NCBI GenBank assembly: GCA_963662545.2
Contig: CAXXLL010000002.1
Location: forward strand, 1,280,001 to 1,344,000
Direction: 5' to 3'
From: Gammaproteobacteria bacterium
GTDB lineage: Bacteria; Pseudomonadota; Gammaproteobacteria; Ga0077536
Length of the DNA stretch: 64,000 bases
In this document: piece after piece, positions 51,167 through 60,275 of the stretch
Layout: each line of letters starts with the position of its first letter
Numbering within the stretch: position 1 is the stretch's first letter
Program-made: the position numbers and the translations under genes
Notes under the pieces: model-generated
The model's database searches: none
What the model was told of the DNA's origin: nothing
What the model saw: the letters and a program-made list of their open reading frames with translations, nothing else

Positions 51167-51622
51167 ATGGAGCGCAGCTTCGACCTCAACAACGCCGCGG
51201 CGACCGAAGCGCTGGGCGCGCGCCTCGCTCAAGCGTGTCCGCGCGGCAGCCTTATCTTCCTGCATGGAGAACTCGCCGCGGGCAAGACCACCCTGGCCCG
51301 CGGATATATCAGGGCCCTCGGTCACGAAGGTGCCGTCAAGAGCCCGACTTTCACCCTGGTGGAGTCCTACGATCTCGCCGTCGGGACCGTTCACCATTTC
51401 GACCTGTATCGCATTGCTGCGCCCGAAGAACTCGACTACATCGGCATTGAGGACTATGTCGACGGCTGTGCGGACTGCCTCGTCGAATGGGCGGAGAGAG
51501 GCACGAACGTCCTTCCTCCCGGCGACGTCGAGGTTTGGCTAGCGATTGTGGGGCACGGACGCCGGGCAGTCCTAAAAGGGGCGTCGAAACGCGGAATCGA
51601 TGTAATTTCTCGTATTTTTTAA
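51167..51622 (+). CDS. tsaE: tRNA t6A biosynthesis ATPase TsaE
   Basis: GELAAGKTT, KSPTFTLVESY, HFDLYR, VEW. Confidence 0.97.
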   Translation: MERSFDLNNAAATEALGARLAQACPRGSLIFLHGELAAGKTTLARGYIRALGHEGAVKSPTFTLVESYDLAVGTVHHFDLYRIAAPEELDYIGIEDYVDGCADCLVEWAERGTNVLPPGDVEVWLAIVGHGRRAVLKGASKRGIDVISRIF

Positions 51623-51726
51623 CGATAAATATCAAGAATATAATAAATATTTATAATAAGTACTTGAATTATCATGTCTAAATTAGACACAATATATGGA
51701 CTTTCTGAGAAAGATCGTATAAGCCC

Positions 51727-53034
51727 ATGCGAAAGCTCACATTTCTCTTATTCGCTTTGGTTTTTCGACCGATCGAGGCGGCGGAAATCAAGGACGTGCG
51801 CATGTGGGCTGCGCCCGAGCGAACCCGGGTCGTCTTCGATCTCACCGAGGCGGTCGATTACCAGGTTTTCACGATCGGCAATCCCGATCGCGTGGTCATT
51901 GATTTCAAACAAACACGGTCCCCGTCCCGTCTCCGGCTTCCGATCAAGAACACCGCGCGCTTGAAAAGCTTGCGCTACGCACGGCGCGGCGAGACCGGGC
52001 TACGCGTCGTGCTGGACCTGAAAAAGCCGGTCGACGTTCGCGACTCGCTGCTGGCCCCAAACCAACAATACGGTTATCGCGTCGTGCTCGATCTGTTGTC
52101 GGGTGATGGCGAGGTCGGCGACCCGGTTAAGCCCAAACCCGCGGCCAAGCTCAAACGCAAGCACCCTGCGCCGCGATCCGAGCCGGCGCGAGACGTCGTC
52201 ATCGCCATCGACGCTGGCCATGGCGGCGACGATGTCGGCGCCATCGGACCCAGCGGGATCTACGAAAAAGACATCGTACTGGCAGTCGCCCGCGAACTTG
52301 CCGCGCGGATTGATCGCCACCTCGGCATGCGCGCCGTACTGACGCGGGGTGGTGACTACTATCTCAAACTCCGCACGCGAATGGACAAGGCGCGCGCCGC
52401 ACGCGCCGACCTGTTTATCTCGATTCATGCCGATGCGTTTCGCGACCCCCGTGTGCGCGGATCCTCGATCTACGTCCTGTCGCAGAGCGGGGCCAGCAGC
52501 GAAGCCGCCAAGTGGCTTGCCGACAATGAAAATGCTGCGGACCTGATCGGTGGCGTGACCCTCGATGACAAGGATGACGTATTAAAATCGGTGTTGCTGG
52601 ATCTCTCTCAAACCGCCTCGATCGAGGCCAGCATCGATGCGGCTAACGATGTGCTCGAATCCCTAAAGCGGCTCGGCAAGGTACACAAGAAGCGCGTACA
52701 GCATGCCGGTTTCGTCGTACTGAAATCGCCGGATATCCCATCGCTTCTGATCGAGACCGCCTACATTTCCAATCCGAGCGAGGAACGACGCCTGCGCAGT
52801 GGCGCCTACCGTCAGAGACTCGCCGGAGCGATCTTCGAAGGCATTGTCGACTACTTCGAAGAAAACGCTCCCCCGTTCTCCCGGCTCGCGCAGAATCGCA
52901 ATCACAGGGTTGCTCGCGGCGAGACGCTTTCCGGCATCGCCGTGAAGTACGACGTCAGCATCTCCAGAATCAAGCTCGCCAACAACCTCAATTCCGAGAC
53001 GCTGTGGGCCGGTAGCGTACTCAAGATACCTTAA
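51727..53034 (+). CDS. amiB: N-acetylmuramoyl-L-alanine amidase (AMIN + Amidase_3 + LysM)
   Basis: IDAGHGG.D.GA, FISIHAD, FVVLKSPDIPSLLIETAYISN, C-terminal LysM; position between tsaE and mutL. Confidence 0.93.
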   Translation: MRKLTFLLFALVFRPIEAAEIKDVRMWAAPERTRVVFDLTEAVDYQVFTIGNPDRVVIDFKQTRSPSRLRLPIKNTARLKSLRYARRGETGLRVVLDLKKPVDVRDSLLAPNQQYGYRVVLDLLSGDGEVGDPVKPKPAAKLKRKHPAPRSEPARDVVIAIDAGHGGDDVGAIGPSGIYEKDIVLAVARELAARIDRHLGMRAVLTRGGDYYLKLRTRMDKARAARADLFISIHADAFRDPRVRGSSIYVLSQSGASSEAAKWLADNENAADLIGGVTLDDKDDVLKSVLLDLSQTASIEASIDAANDVLESLKRLGKVHKKRVQHAGFVVLKSPDIPSLLIETAYISNPSEERRLRSGAYRQRLAGAIFEGIVDYFEENAPPFSRLAQNRNHRVARGETLSGIAVKYDVSISRIKLANNLNSETLWAGSVLKIP

Positions 53035-53113
53035 AGAGTCGGAAGCGATTCCTCATCTAGTCCGCGTTCATAGCTCAGTTCTTAAGCCCCCATTTCCCAA
53101 ATACAATAAAAAT

Positions 53114-53204
53114 GAACCACGAAGAACACGGAGCAAAAAAGTAAATTTTGGCAAGTTAGCAGTTCTTTTTATTCCCTTCGTGCTCTTTGTCTTCTCCGTG
53201 GTTC
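53114..53204. repeat. AACCACGAAG…CTTCGTG/CCGTGGTT-type palindromic intergenic repeat
   Basis: gaaccacgaagaacacggag … cttcgtgctctttgtcttctccgtggttc with an AT-rich spacer. Confidence 0.65.
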
Positions 53205-53300
53205 CATTTTGTCTATCCGTAGTACGGTTGCCCATCGGTTCAAGCGTTTGAATCCGCGCTAGACTAAGCGGAACTTCTGACGGTATTTGGGGTTCCGATC

Positions 53301-54965
53301 ATGGGCGCGGTGCCATCTACAATCCTCCCGCTGTCCGATCATCTGATCAATCAAATCGCCGCCGGCGAGGTCATCGAGCGGCCCGCCTCCGTGGTCAAGG
53401 AACTGTTGGAGAACTGCCTCGACGCCGGCGCGCGGCGGATCGAGGTCGAACTCGGGCGCGGCGGGCTGGAGTTCATCAGCGTGAGTGACGACGGCAGCGG
53501 TATCGCGGCCGATGAAATGCAGGCTGCGCTCAGGCGCCACTGGACCAGTAAAATCAGCCGGGCGGCCGATCTAATCGGCATCGGCTCACTCGGTTTTCGC
53601 GGTGAAGCACTGGCCAGCATTGCCGCGGTCGCGGACATCGAAATCGTCTCGCGGACGATCGCCGATGATCATGCCTGGCGCGTCACAGCCGCGGCCGGGC
53701 AGCAGCCGTCCGCACCGATACCTTGGCAGGGGGCGATCGGTACGCGGGTGCGGGTGCGGGATCTTTTTCACAATGTCCCCGCGCGCCGACGCTTCCTCAA
53801 ACGACCTCGCACGGAATTTCTGCAAGCTCAGCGGGTGCTGCGGCGAACTGGATTCGCTTGTCCGGACGCGGCTCTGAGTTTCACGCAGGCGGGCAGCCGC
53901 GGGCTTCGGTTGCGGCCCGCCAACGTCGGCGAGACATCGCCGCGCTGGCGTTCGCTGTTCGGGGAGCCGTTCTGTCGGTCGGCCATTGTGGTTGATTTCG
54001 CCGTGGACGGGATTGCGGTGCATGGCTGGGTTGGCGGGCCCGACCTCGCGTCAAACACCTCGGACCTGCAATATCTGGCGATCAATGGACGTATTATCCG
54101 CGATCGACAGATCGCGCACGCGGTACGTCTGGCTTACGAAGACAGTTTGCCTACGGGGAAATTTCCAACCTATGCCCTGGCCCTGGAATTGCCGCTCGAT
54201 CAGGTCGACGTCAACGTGCATCCCGGCAAACTCGAAGTCCGGTTCGTAGCGGTTCGTTCGCTGCACGATCTTGTCTACGCCTGCGTGCGGCGAGCACTTG
54301 GAGACGGCACTGCGCTGCACCCGAGCCCAGAACCGATGGCCCAAATTGCCGGCGTCGTCGTTAGCGAAGATCACGCGCGCTACGGAACCCGCGGCGATCG
54401 AAGGCCGGCGCCGGAGGATGCGTCCGACACGTTCGGCAGGCCGCTCGCGTTGGTGGAGGACCGCTTCTTGATTTACTGGCAGGCATCGGCACTGCGCGCC
54501 CTCGATCTACGCGCGACGTGGTCGAAGATAATCGCGTGTCGATTGAAGGCTTGCGGCGGTGCGCCGGCCGTAGCCCGCCCGCTACTCATCCCGGAGCGTT
54601 TGCCGCCGGCTAGTAATGCATGGGATGACAGGCTTACCGATGGGCTGCGCGGACTCGGCTTCGACACCGATGATTTAGGTCCAAGTGGCCGCGTACTCCG
54701 GAGCGTGTCCGCGGTGCTACCGGATATCGCCGCCGATCGCTTCGTACTGGCGTTGCCGGGTGCCTTAGCCGAGAATCCTGAACTCGTCGATGCCATTGCG
54801 GCTGCGACGGCGGCCGCAATCGAGCTCGGCGAATCCGGACAGCCCTCAGGCCGCATGCTCGGTGCATTGACACGGGCCGGGACCGCGGCCGGCTGCGAAC
54901 CCACGGCTGGTGCATTCGAGATTTCAGGCATGGCGCTCAACCGATGGGCGGGCAAGCTTGACTGA
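53301..54965 (+). CDS. mutL: DNA mismatch repair protein MutL (divergent C-terminal domain)
   Basis: NQIAAGEVIERPASVVKELLEN.LDAGA, GFRGEALASI, DVNVHP.K.EVRF. Confidence 0.93.
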   Translation: MGAVPSTILPLSDHLINQIAAGEVIERPASVVKELLENCLDAGARRIEVELGRGGLEFISVSDDGSGIAADEMQAALRRHWTSKISRAADLIGIGSLGFRGEALASIAAVADIEIVSRTIADDHAWRVTAAAGQQPSAPIPWQGAIGTRVRVRDLFHNVPARRRFLKRPRTEFLQAQRVLRRTGFACPDAALSFTQAGSRGLRLRPANVGETSPRWRSLFGEPFCRSAIVVDFAVDGIAVHGWVGGPDLASNTSDLQYLAINGRIIRDRQIAHAVRLAYEDSLPTGKFPTYALALELPLDQVDVNVHPGKLEVRFVAVRSLHDLVYACVRRALGDGTALHPSPEPMAQIAGVVVSEDHARYGTRGDRRPAPEDASDTFGRPLALVEDRFLIYWQASALRALDLRATWSKIIACRLKACGGAPAVARPLLIPERLPPASNAWDDRLTDGLRGLGFDTDDLGPSGRVLRSVSAVLPDIAADRFVLALPGALAENPELVDAIAAATAAAIELGESGQPSGRMLGALTRAGTAAGCEPTAGAFEISGMALNRWAGKLD

Positions 54966-55929
54966 GATTACAGCCGGCACACCGGTCGTCTTCCTCATGG
55001 GGCCGACGGGTTCGGGTAAGACGCGGATTGCGCTCGATCTGGCCGCCAGGTTTCCGATTGAAATCGTCAGCGTTGATTCCGCGCTGGTCTACCGCGGTCT
55101 CGATATCGGCACCGCGAAACCGAATCCAGACATGCGCCGGCGCGTTCCGCATCACTTGATCGATATCTGCGATCCGGCCGAGCGTTATTCTGCCGGCCGA
55201 TTCCGTGTCGATGCGCTCGCAGCGATCGATGCCATTGCGACCCGCGGGCGTCTGCCGCTGCTGGTCGGCGGTACGGGGCTTTACTTTCGCTCGCTGGAGG
55301 CAGGTATTGCCGATCTTCCGGCGGCTGATCCTGCCATCCGCGGCAAGCTCCATGCCGAACTCGACGCGTATGGTTCCGCACACCTGCACGAACGGCTCGC
55401 TCGCGTCGATCCCGCAGCCGCGCGCCGGATACACCGAAATGATCCGCAGAGACTCGTCAGGGCGCTCGAGCTGCATGCATTGACCGGACAGTCGATGTCC
55501 GAGCTTTGGCGCGGGCGGGCGCCCGCGCCTCTGTCCCACCCGATCGTGAAGATCATCGTCGCCCCGGCCGAGCGCGCCGTTCTGCACCGGCGGATTGCCG
55601 CCCGCTTTAGAACCATGCTGGAACGCGGGCTCGTCAACGAGGTCAGAGTATTGAGACGGCGCGGGGATCTGTCGCTAGATAATCCGGCGCTTCGGACCGT
55701 TGGTTACCGGGATGTCTGGCGTTATCTCGAAGGCGAGGTTTCGCGCGATGTCATGCTCGATCGCAGCGTCATCGCCACCCGTCAATTGGCCAAACGCCAA
55801 CTGACCTGGCTCAGGCGCGAAGCGCATTCGACCTGGCTGGATAGCGAGGATGTCCAAGTCGGTGAAAGGATTACGGAATTGTTACGCAAACGGGCGATTT
55901 TCAAACCCTGCGGTTATGATCTACAGTAG
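54958..55929 (+). CDS. miaA: tRNA dimethylallyltransferase
   Basis: GPTGSGKT, SVDSALVYRGLDIGTAKP, VGGTGLY, TRQLAKRQLTW. Confidence 0.97.
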   Translation: MTEITAGTPVVFLMGPTGSGKTRIALDLAARFPIEIVSVDSALVYRGLDIGTAKPNPDMRRRVPHHLIDICDPAERYSAGRFRVDALAAIDAIATRGRLPLLVGGTGLYFRSLEAGIADLPAADPAIRGKLHAELDAYGSAHLHERLARVDPAAARRIHRNDPQRLVRALELHALTGQSMSELWRGRAPAPLSHPIVKIIVAPAERAVLHRRIAARFRTMLERGLVNEVRVLRRRGDLSLDNPALRTVGYRDVWRYLEGEVSRDVMLDRSVIATRQLAKRQLTWLRREAHSTWLDSEDVQVGERITELLRKRAIFKPCGYDLQ

Positions 55930-56039
55930 ACTCCAACAACGCGATAACAAGCAAAGCGAACCGTCTGATTCCACTTATAAACCGCTGATTAAAGTAGAAT
56001 TACGACGCGACCCCGCACAAAAACAACAAGGAGATAGCC

Positions 56040-56321
56040 ATGAGTAAGGGCCAATCTTTGCAGGAACCTTATCTGAACACGCTGCGAAAGGAGCGGGTCC
56101 CGGTTTCCATTTATCTGGTCAACGGTATCAAGCTGCAAGGGCAGATCGAGTCATTTGACCAATTCGTTATCCTCCTCAGGAACGCCGTCAGCCAAATGGT
56201 CTATAAACACGCGATCTCGACGGTAGTGCCCACCAGAAACATCCGACTGCCGCGCGCTGACCAGGGCGAGGGCGAGGACCAGGGCGATGGACAGGATGCG
56301 GGGCAGGACGACGCTTCCTGA
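56040..56321 (+). CDS. hfq: RNA chaperone Hfq
   Basis: [13 protein letters not shown]…[17 protein letters not shown]…[10 protein letters not shown]. Confidence 0.99.
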   Translation: MSKGQSLQEPYLNTLRKERVPVSIYLVNGIKLQGQIESFDQFVILLRNAVSQMVYKHAISTVVPTRNIRLPRADQGEGEDQGDGQDAGQDDAS

Positions 56322-56344
56322 GCGGATCGAGAGAGTCATCGAGC

Positions 56345-57685
56345 TTGTTTGAAAGACCCGCAGGCGGAGAACGCGCGCTTCTCGTCCACGTCGACTTTAC
56401 GCAGGTTCCGGCGCCCGGCGATCTGGCCGAATTCAGCGAACTCGCCGCGTCAGCCGCGGTGGAGGCTTGCGCCACGGCCGTCGCGCGGCGCGACACCCCT
56501 CACCATCGCTTAGCCGTCGGCAGCGGCAAAGCCGACGAACTGGCGGCGCTGTGCCGTCAACATGACATCGAGGTCGTGCTTTTCAATCACGATTTGTCGC
56601 CGGCGCAGGAACGCAATCTCGAACGGATACTCGAGTGTCGGGTGGTCGACCGGACGGGATTGATCTTGGATATATTTGCTCAGCGCGCGCGTTCGTTCGA
56701 AGGCAAGCTTCAGGTCGAACTGGCGCAGCTGAAACACCTGTCGACCCGCTTGATTCGCGGGTGGACCCACCTCGAACGACAAAAGGGTGGCATCGGCTTA
56801 CGTGGACCCGGCGAGACGCAGCTCGAAACCGACCGCCGTTTGATCGGACGGCGCATCAAGCGGATCAACGAACGGCTCGGTCGTGTGAGGCGGCGGCGTC
56901 GTCAGGGCGCGCGGTCGCGCAACCGGGCGTTGCTGTCCACGGTCTCACTGGTTGGATATACCAATACCGGGAAATCGACGCTGTTCAACCGGTTGACCGG
57001 CAGCGAGGTCTACACCGCCGATCAACTCTTCGCCACGCTCGACACGACACTCAGGACCATTGACGTACCGGGCGAACATCCGCTCGTTTTGAGCGACACG
57101 GTCGGATTCATTCGCGGATTGCCGCCTGAGCTTATCGCTGCGTTCCAGGCCACGCTGGAAGAAACGCGCGACGCGAATTTGCTCATACATGTAATCGATG
57201 CCAGCAGTGAAGAGCGCGCCCTGCGCATCGCCGACGTGCAAGGCGTCCTGCAGCGGATTGGCGCGGGTGAGGTGCCGGTCCTCGAGGTATACAACAAGAT
57301 CGATCGGATCCCGGGGCGCGGCCCGGGCGTCGAGCGGGCCGCCGACGGACGGGTTCGACGGGTGTGGCTGTCGGGCTTAGACGGCGCCGGTTGCCACCTG
57401 CTGGTCGACGCGATTGCCGAATACCTCAACCAGTCAAAAGACCGGCGTTGGCTGATGATCGATGCGCCCGCCGGCCGTTTTCGGGCATTGCTCTACGAGT
57501 GCGGCGCGGTGAACGACGAAGTCGAGCTGCCACGCGGTGGGTGGGTCATGGAAGTGACCTTGTCGGATGCGCGCTGGCAGGTTTTTTCGACGACACCGGA
57601 GGTCGCCGCGCACGTCAGCGAAATCACGCGCGAGGGGGACTTGTCCGAGTTTGATCTCGAGAAGATTGAACGGGAAACCGCCTGA
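56345..57685 (+). CDS. hflX: GTPase HflX
   Basis: GPGETQLETDRR, GYTNTGKST, LFATLD, DTVGF, NKID. Confidence 0.97.
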   Translation: MFERPAGGERALLVHVDFTQVPAPGDLAEFSELAASAAVEACATAVARRDTPHHRLAVGSGKADELAALCRQHDIEVVLFNHDLSPAQERNLERILECRVVDRTGLILDIFAQRARSFEGKLQVELAQLKHLSTRLIRGWTHLERQKGGIGLRGPGETQLETDRRLIGRRIKRINERLGRVRRRRRQGARSRNRALLSTVSLVGYTNTGKSTLFNRLTGSEVYTADQLFATLDTTLRTIDVPGEHPLVLSDTVGFIRGLPPELIAAFQATLEETRDANLLIHVIDASSEERALRIADVQGVLQRIGAGEVPVLEVYNKIDRIPGRGPGVERAADGRVRRVWLSGLDGAGCHLLVDAIAEYLNQSKDRRWLMIDAPAGRFRALLYECGAVNDEVELPRGGWVMEVTLSDARWQVFSTTPEVAAHVSEITREGDLSEFDLEKIERETA

Positions 57686-57871
57686 GTGGTCCATCGACGG
57701 GTGCACGGCGCGCATCGAGGCGCGTACCGAGCGGCGGAAATCTCGGCAGGAGATACGGATTTTGTCCGCGCTTTCCAAAGCTTAAACGCGGTGGGCGCGA
57801 TTGAACATAGCGAACGCCACCCGTACAATCGGCGCCCTCACCCCTAATCATCATCGATACAAGAGAATTCA

Positions 57872-59008
57872 ATGGCCTGGAACGATCCTAACGGCAATGA
57901 TCGCGACCCCTGGGGTAAAGGTCGCGGTAGCCAAGGACCTCCCGATCTCGACGAGGTCGTAAAAAAAATGCAGGAAAAACTGGGCGGACTGTTCGGCGGC
58001 CGGCCCGGTGGTCCTGCCTCGTCAGGCGACAACACGCTGATATGGGGCGTCGCCGCCGTCGCGCTGGCCGGCCTGTTGGCGTGGGAAATGGTCTACCGCA
58101 TCGAACCGGCGGAACGCGGGGTGGTGTTGCGCTTCGGAGAATATGTCACGACTTTGCAGCCCGGGCCTCACATCCGCTTCCCGCGGCCCATCGAAGAAGT
58201 GATCAAGGTCAACGTCGAACGCATCCAGACGGTGACCTCTTCTTCGGCAATGCTCACGGGCGACGAAAACATCGTTAACGTTGAACTAGCGGTGCAATAC
58301 CGTATCAAGGAAGTGAAGGATTACCTGTTCGAGATCGTCGATCCGGACGTCTCGGTCCAGCGCGTGACGGAATCGGCGATCCGCGACATCATCGGCGGGA
58401 CTACGCTGAGCTTCGTGATCACCGAAGGCCGCGCGGAGATAGCGGCCGGCGCCGAGTCGTCGATTCAGACGATTCTGGATGCCTACCAGTCCGGAATCGA
58501 CGTCACCAGCGTCAACATGCAGCCGGCGAAACCTCCGGAAGAAGTCAAAGCGGCGTTTGACGACGCCATCAAGGCGCGCGAAGACGAACAGCGCAAGGTG
58601 AACGAGGCGGAAGCCTATCGCAAAGAAGTGGTGGAACGCATGGCCGGCGAGGCCGCCCGCGTCCGGCTCGAGTCCGAAGGCTACCGGGAGCAGGTGATCG
58701 CACAGTCCGCGGGTGAGGCGAAACGGTTTTCCCTATTGTTAACTGAATACGAAAAAGCACCGGAAGTGACGCGCCGGCGCCTGTTTCTCGAAGCGATCGA
58801 AGATGTCATGGCCGACAGCACTAAGGTCATCATGGACAACAAGAGCGGCAGCAGCCTGATGTACCTGCCGCTGGACAAGATCCTCGAGCAGTCCAATCGC
58901 TCGTCGGGCGCGCTGCGCGACAGTGGGCCCGAATCGCGGCCATTCTCGCCGCCGGCCCAAGACAGCCAGCGTGAGCTGCGCGGCGGTAGAACCAGAGGGG
59001 CGCGTTGA
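57872..59008 (+). CDS. hflK: FtsH modulator HflK
   Basis: MAWNDP…DPW…GPPDLDE and SPFH domain. Confidence 0.97.
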   Translation: MAWNDPNGNDRDPWGKGRGSQGPPDLDEVVKKMQEKLGGLFGGRPGGPASSGDNTLIWGVAAVALAGLLAWEMVYRIEPAERGVVLRFGEYVTTLQPGPHIRFPRPIEEVIKVNVERIQTVTSSSAMLTGDENIVNVELAVQYRIKEVKDYLFEIVDPDVSVQRVTESAIRDIIGGTTLSFVITEGRAEIAAGAESSIQTILDAYQSGIDVTSVNMQPAKPPEEVKAAFDDAIKAREDEQRKVNEAEAYRKEVVERMAGEAARVRLESEGYREQVIAQSAGEAKRFSLLLTEYEKAPEVTRRRLFLEAIEDVMADSTKVIMDNKSGSSLMYLPLDKILEQSNRSSGALRDSGPESRPFSPPAQDSQRELRGGRTRGAR

Positions 59009-59009
59009 A

Positions 59010-59870
59010 ATGGCGGCACGTATCGGCATAGCGCTGGCTTTGGTAATAGGGCTGATCTACTTGAGCGCGTTTCGCGTGTACGAGTACGAGCATGCAATCC
59101 TGTTCCAGCTCGGCAAGATTCAGCGTTTCGACTACGAACCGGGCCTGTATTTCAAGATTCCGTTCGTGCAGAACGTCAAGACGTTCGACAAACGCCTGCA
59201 GACGCTCGATGCGGAGCCCCAGCGGTACCTCACGGGCGAGAAGAAAGACCTCATCGTTGATTCCTTCGTGCGCTGGAAAATCGCCGATGTCGTACAGTTC
59301 TTCAAGGCGACAGATGGTGATCCGCGCCGCGCGGGACTTCTGCTGTACCAGAAAGTCAACGACAGTTTGCGCAGCGAATTCGGTCAGCGCACGGTGCAGG
59401 AAGTCGTCTCCGGAGAGCGCGGCGTGATTATGGATATCGTCACCCGCACCGCCAATGAACGCGGCCGCGACCTGGGGATGGAAATCGTTGACGTGCGCTT
59501 GAAACGGATCGATCTGCCGACTGAGGTCAGCGGTAATGTTTACGAACGCATGCGGTCCGAGCGCTCGCGCGTCGCGCGGGAATTCCGAGCCCGCGGGGAG
59601 AAAAAGGCCATCACGATTCGCGCAGATGCCGATCGCCAGCGTACCGTCATTTCGGCAGAAGCCTACCGCGACGCCGAGGAACTTCGCGGCGACGGAGACG
59701 CTCGTTCCGCCGCAATTTACGCGGAAGCATACAACAGGGATCCCGAATTCTACGATTTCTACCGCAGCCTGAACGCGTACCGGTCGAGCTTTAGGGGCAA
59801 AGAGAATGTGCTGTTGCTCTCACCGGATTCGGACTTCTTCAAGTACTTCGGCGATCCGGGTGGGGGCTAG
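59010..59870 (+). CDS. hflC: FtsH modulator HflC
   Basis: PGLYFKIPF, EKKDLIVDS, RMRSER, FYDFYRSL.AY, PDSDFFKYF. Confidence 0.97.
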   Translation: MAARIGIALALVIGLIYLSAFRVYEYEHAILFQLGKIQRFDYEPGLYFKIPFVQNVKTFDKRLQTLDAEPQRYLTGEKKDLIVDSFVRWKIADVVQFFKATDGDPRRAGLLLYQKVNDSLRSEFGQRTVQEVVSGERGVIMDIVTRTANERGRDLGMEIVDVRLKRIDLPTEVSGNVYERMRSERSRVAREFRARGEKKAITIRADADRQRTVISAEAYRDAEELRGDGDARSAAIYAEAYNRDPEFYDFYRSLNAYRSSFRGKENVLLLSPDSDFFKYFGDPGGG

Positions 59871-60031
59871 GAGCCTGTATGGCATAGGAAATCGTAGCGA
59901 GGCGAGGGGGAAATCGAGGACGCCTTTTCGATCATTTGAGGCGAATAGTGGTGACTATTTAACGAAGATGATCGAAAAGATGGACCGATTTCCCGCCGCC
60001 GCGGTAGATTCATCCTATGCCATACAGGCTC
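59871..60031. mobile_element. MITE-like structured repeat with CTAG target duplication
   Basis: gagcctgtatggcatagga … tcctatgccatacaggctc, flanked by CTAG on both sides. The left CTAG contains the hflC stop. Confidence 0.8.
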
Positions 60032-60086
60032 CTAGGAGCCGCGGCGAGTATCTCTGCCGTCATTCGCCCAGCGTCTGAGCGCAGTC

Positions 60087-60272
60087 GTGTGGCAGGATAT
60101 CCTGACGGCCGTCGCACTTCTTCTCGTATTTGAAGGCGTCATGCCATTCTTGAGTCCCGCGCAATTTCGCAAAACCCTGTTAGCCGTCTCACAGATGAAC
60201 GATTCGACATTACGAGTGGTCGGTCTGGCCAGTATGTTCGGCGGCCTCGTGTTGTTGTACGTGGTGCGATGA
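60087..60272 (+). CDS. yjeT: DUF2065 (YjeT) small membrane protein
   Basis: ALLLVFEGVMPFLSP…LRVVGL; position after hflC. Confidence 0.9.
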   Translation: MWQDILTAVALLLVFEGVMPFLSPAQFRKTLLAVSQMNDSTLRVVGLASMFGGLVLLYVVR

Positions 60273-60275
60273 ACC

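Noticed and set aside
51600-51726. Replication origin DUE
   Set aside because: No DnaA-box cluster was seen and the gene context is not oriC-like.
56250-56321. Acidic repetitive Hfq C-terminal tail ([13 protein letters not shown])
   Set aside because: Acidic disordered tails are normal for gammaproteobacterial Hfq.
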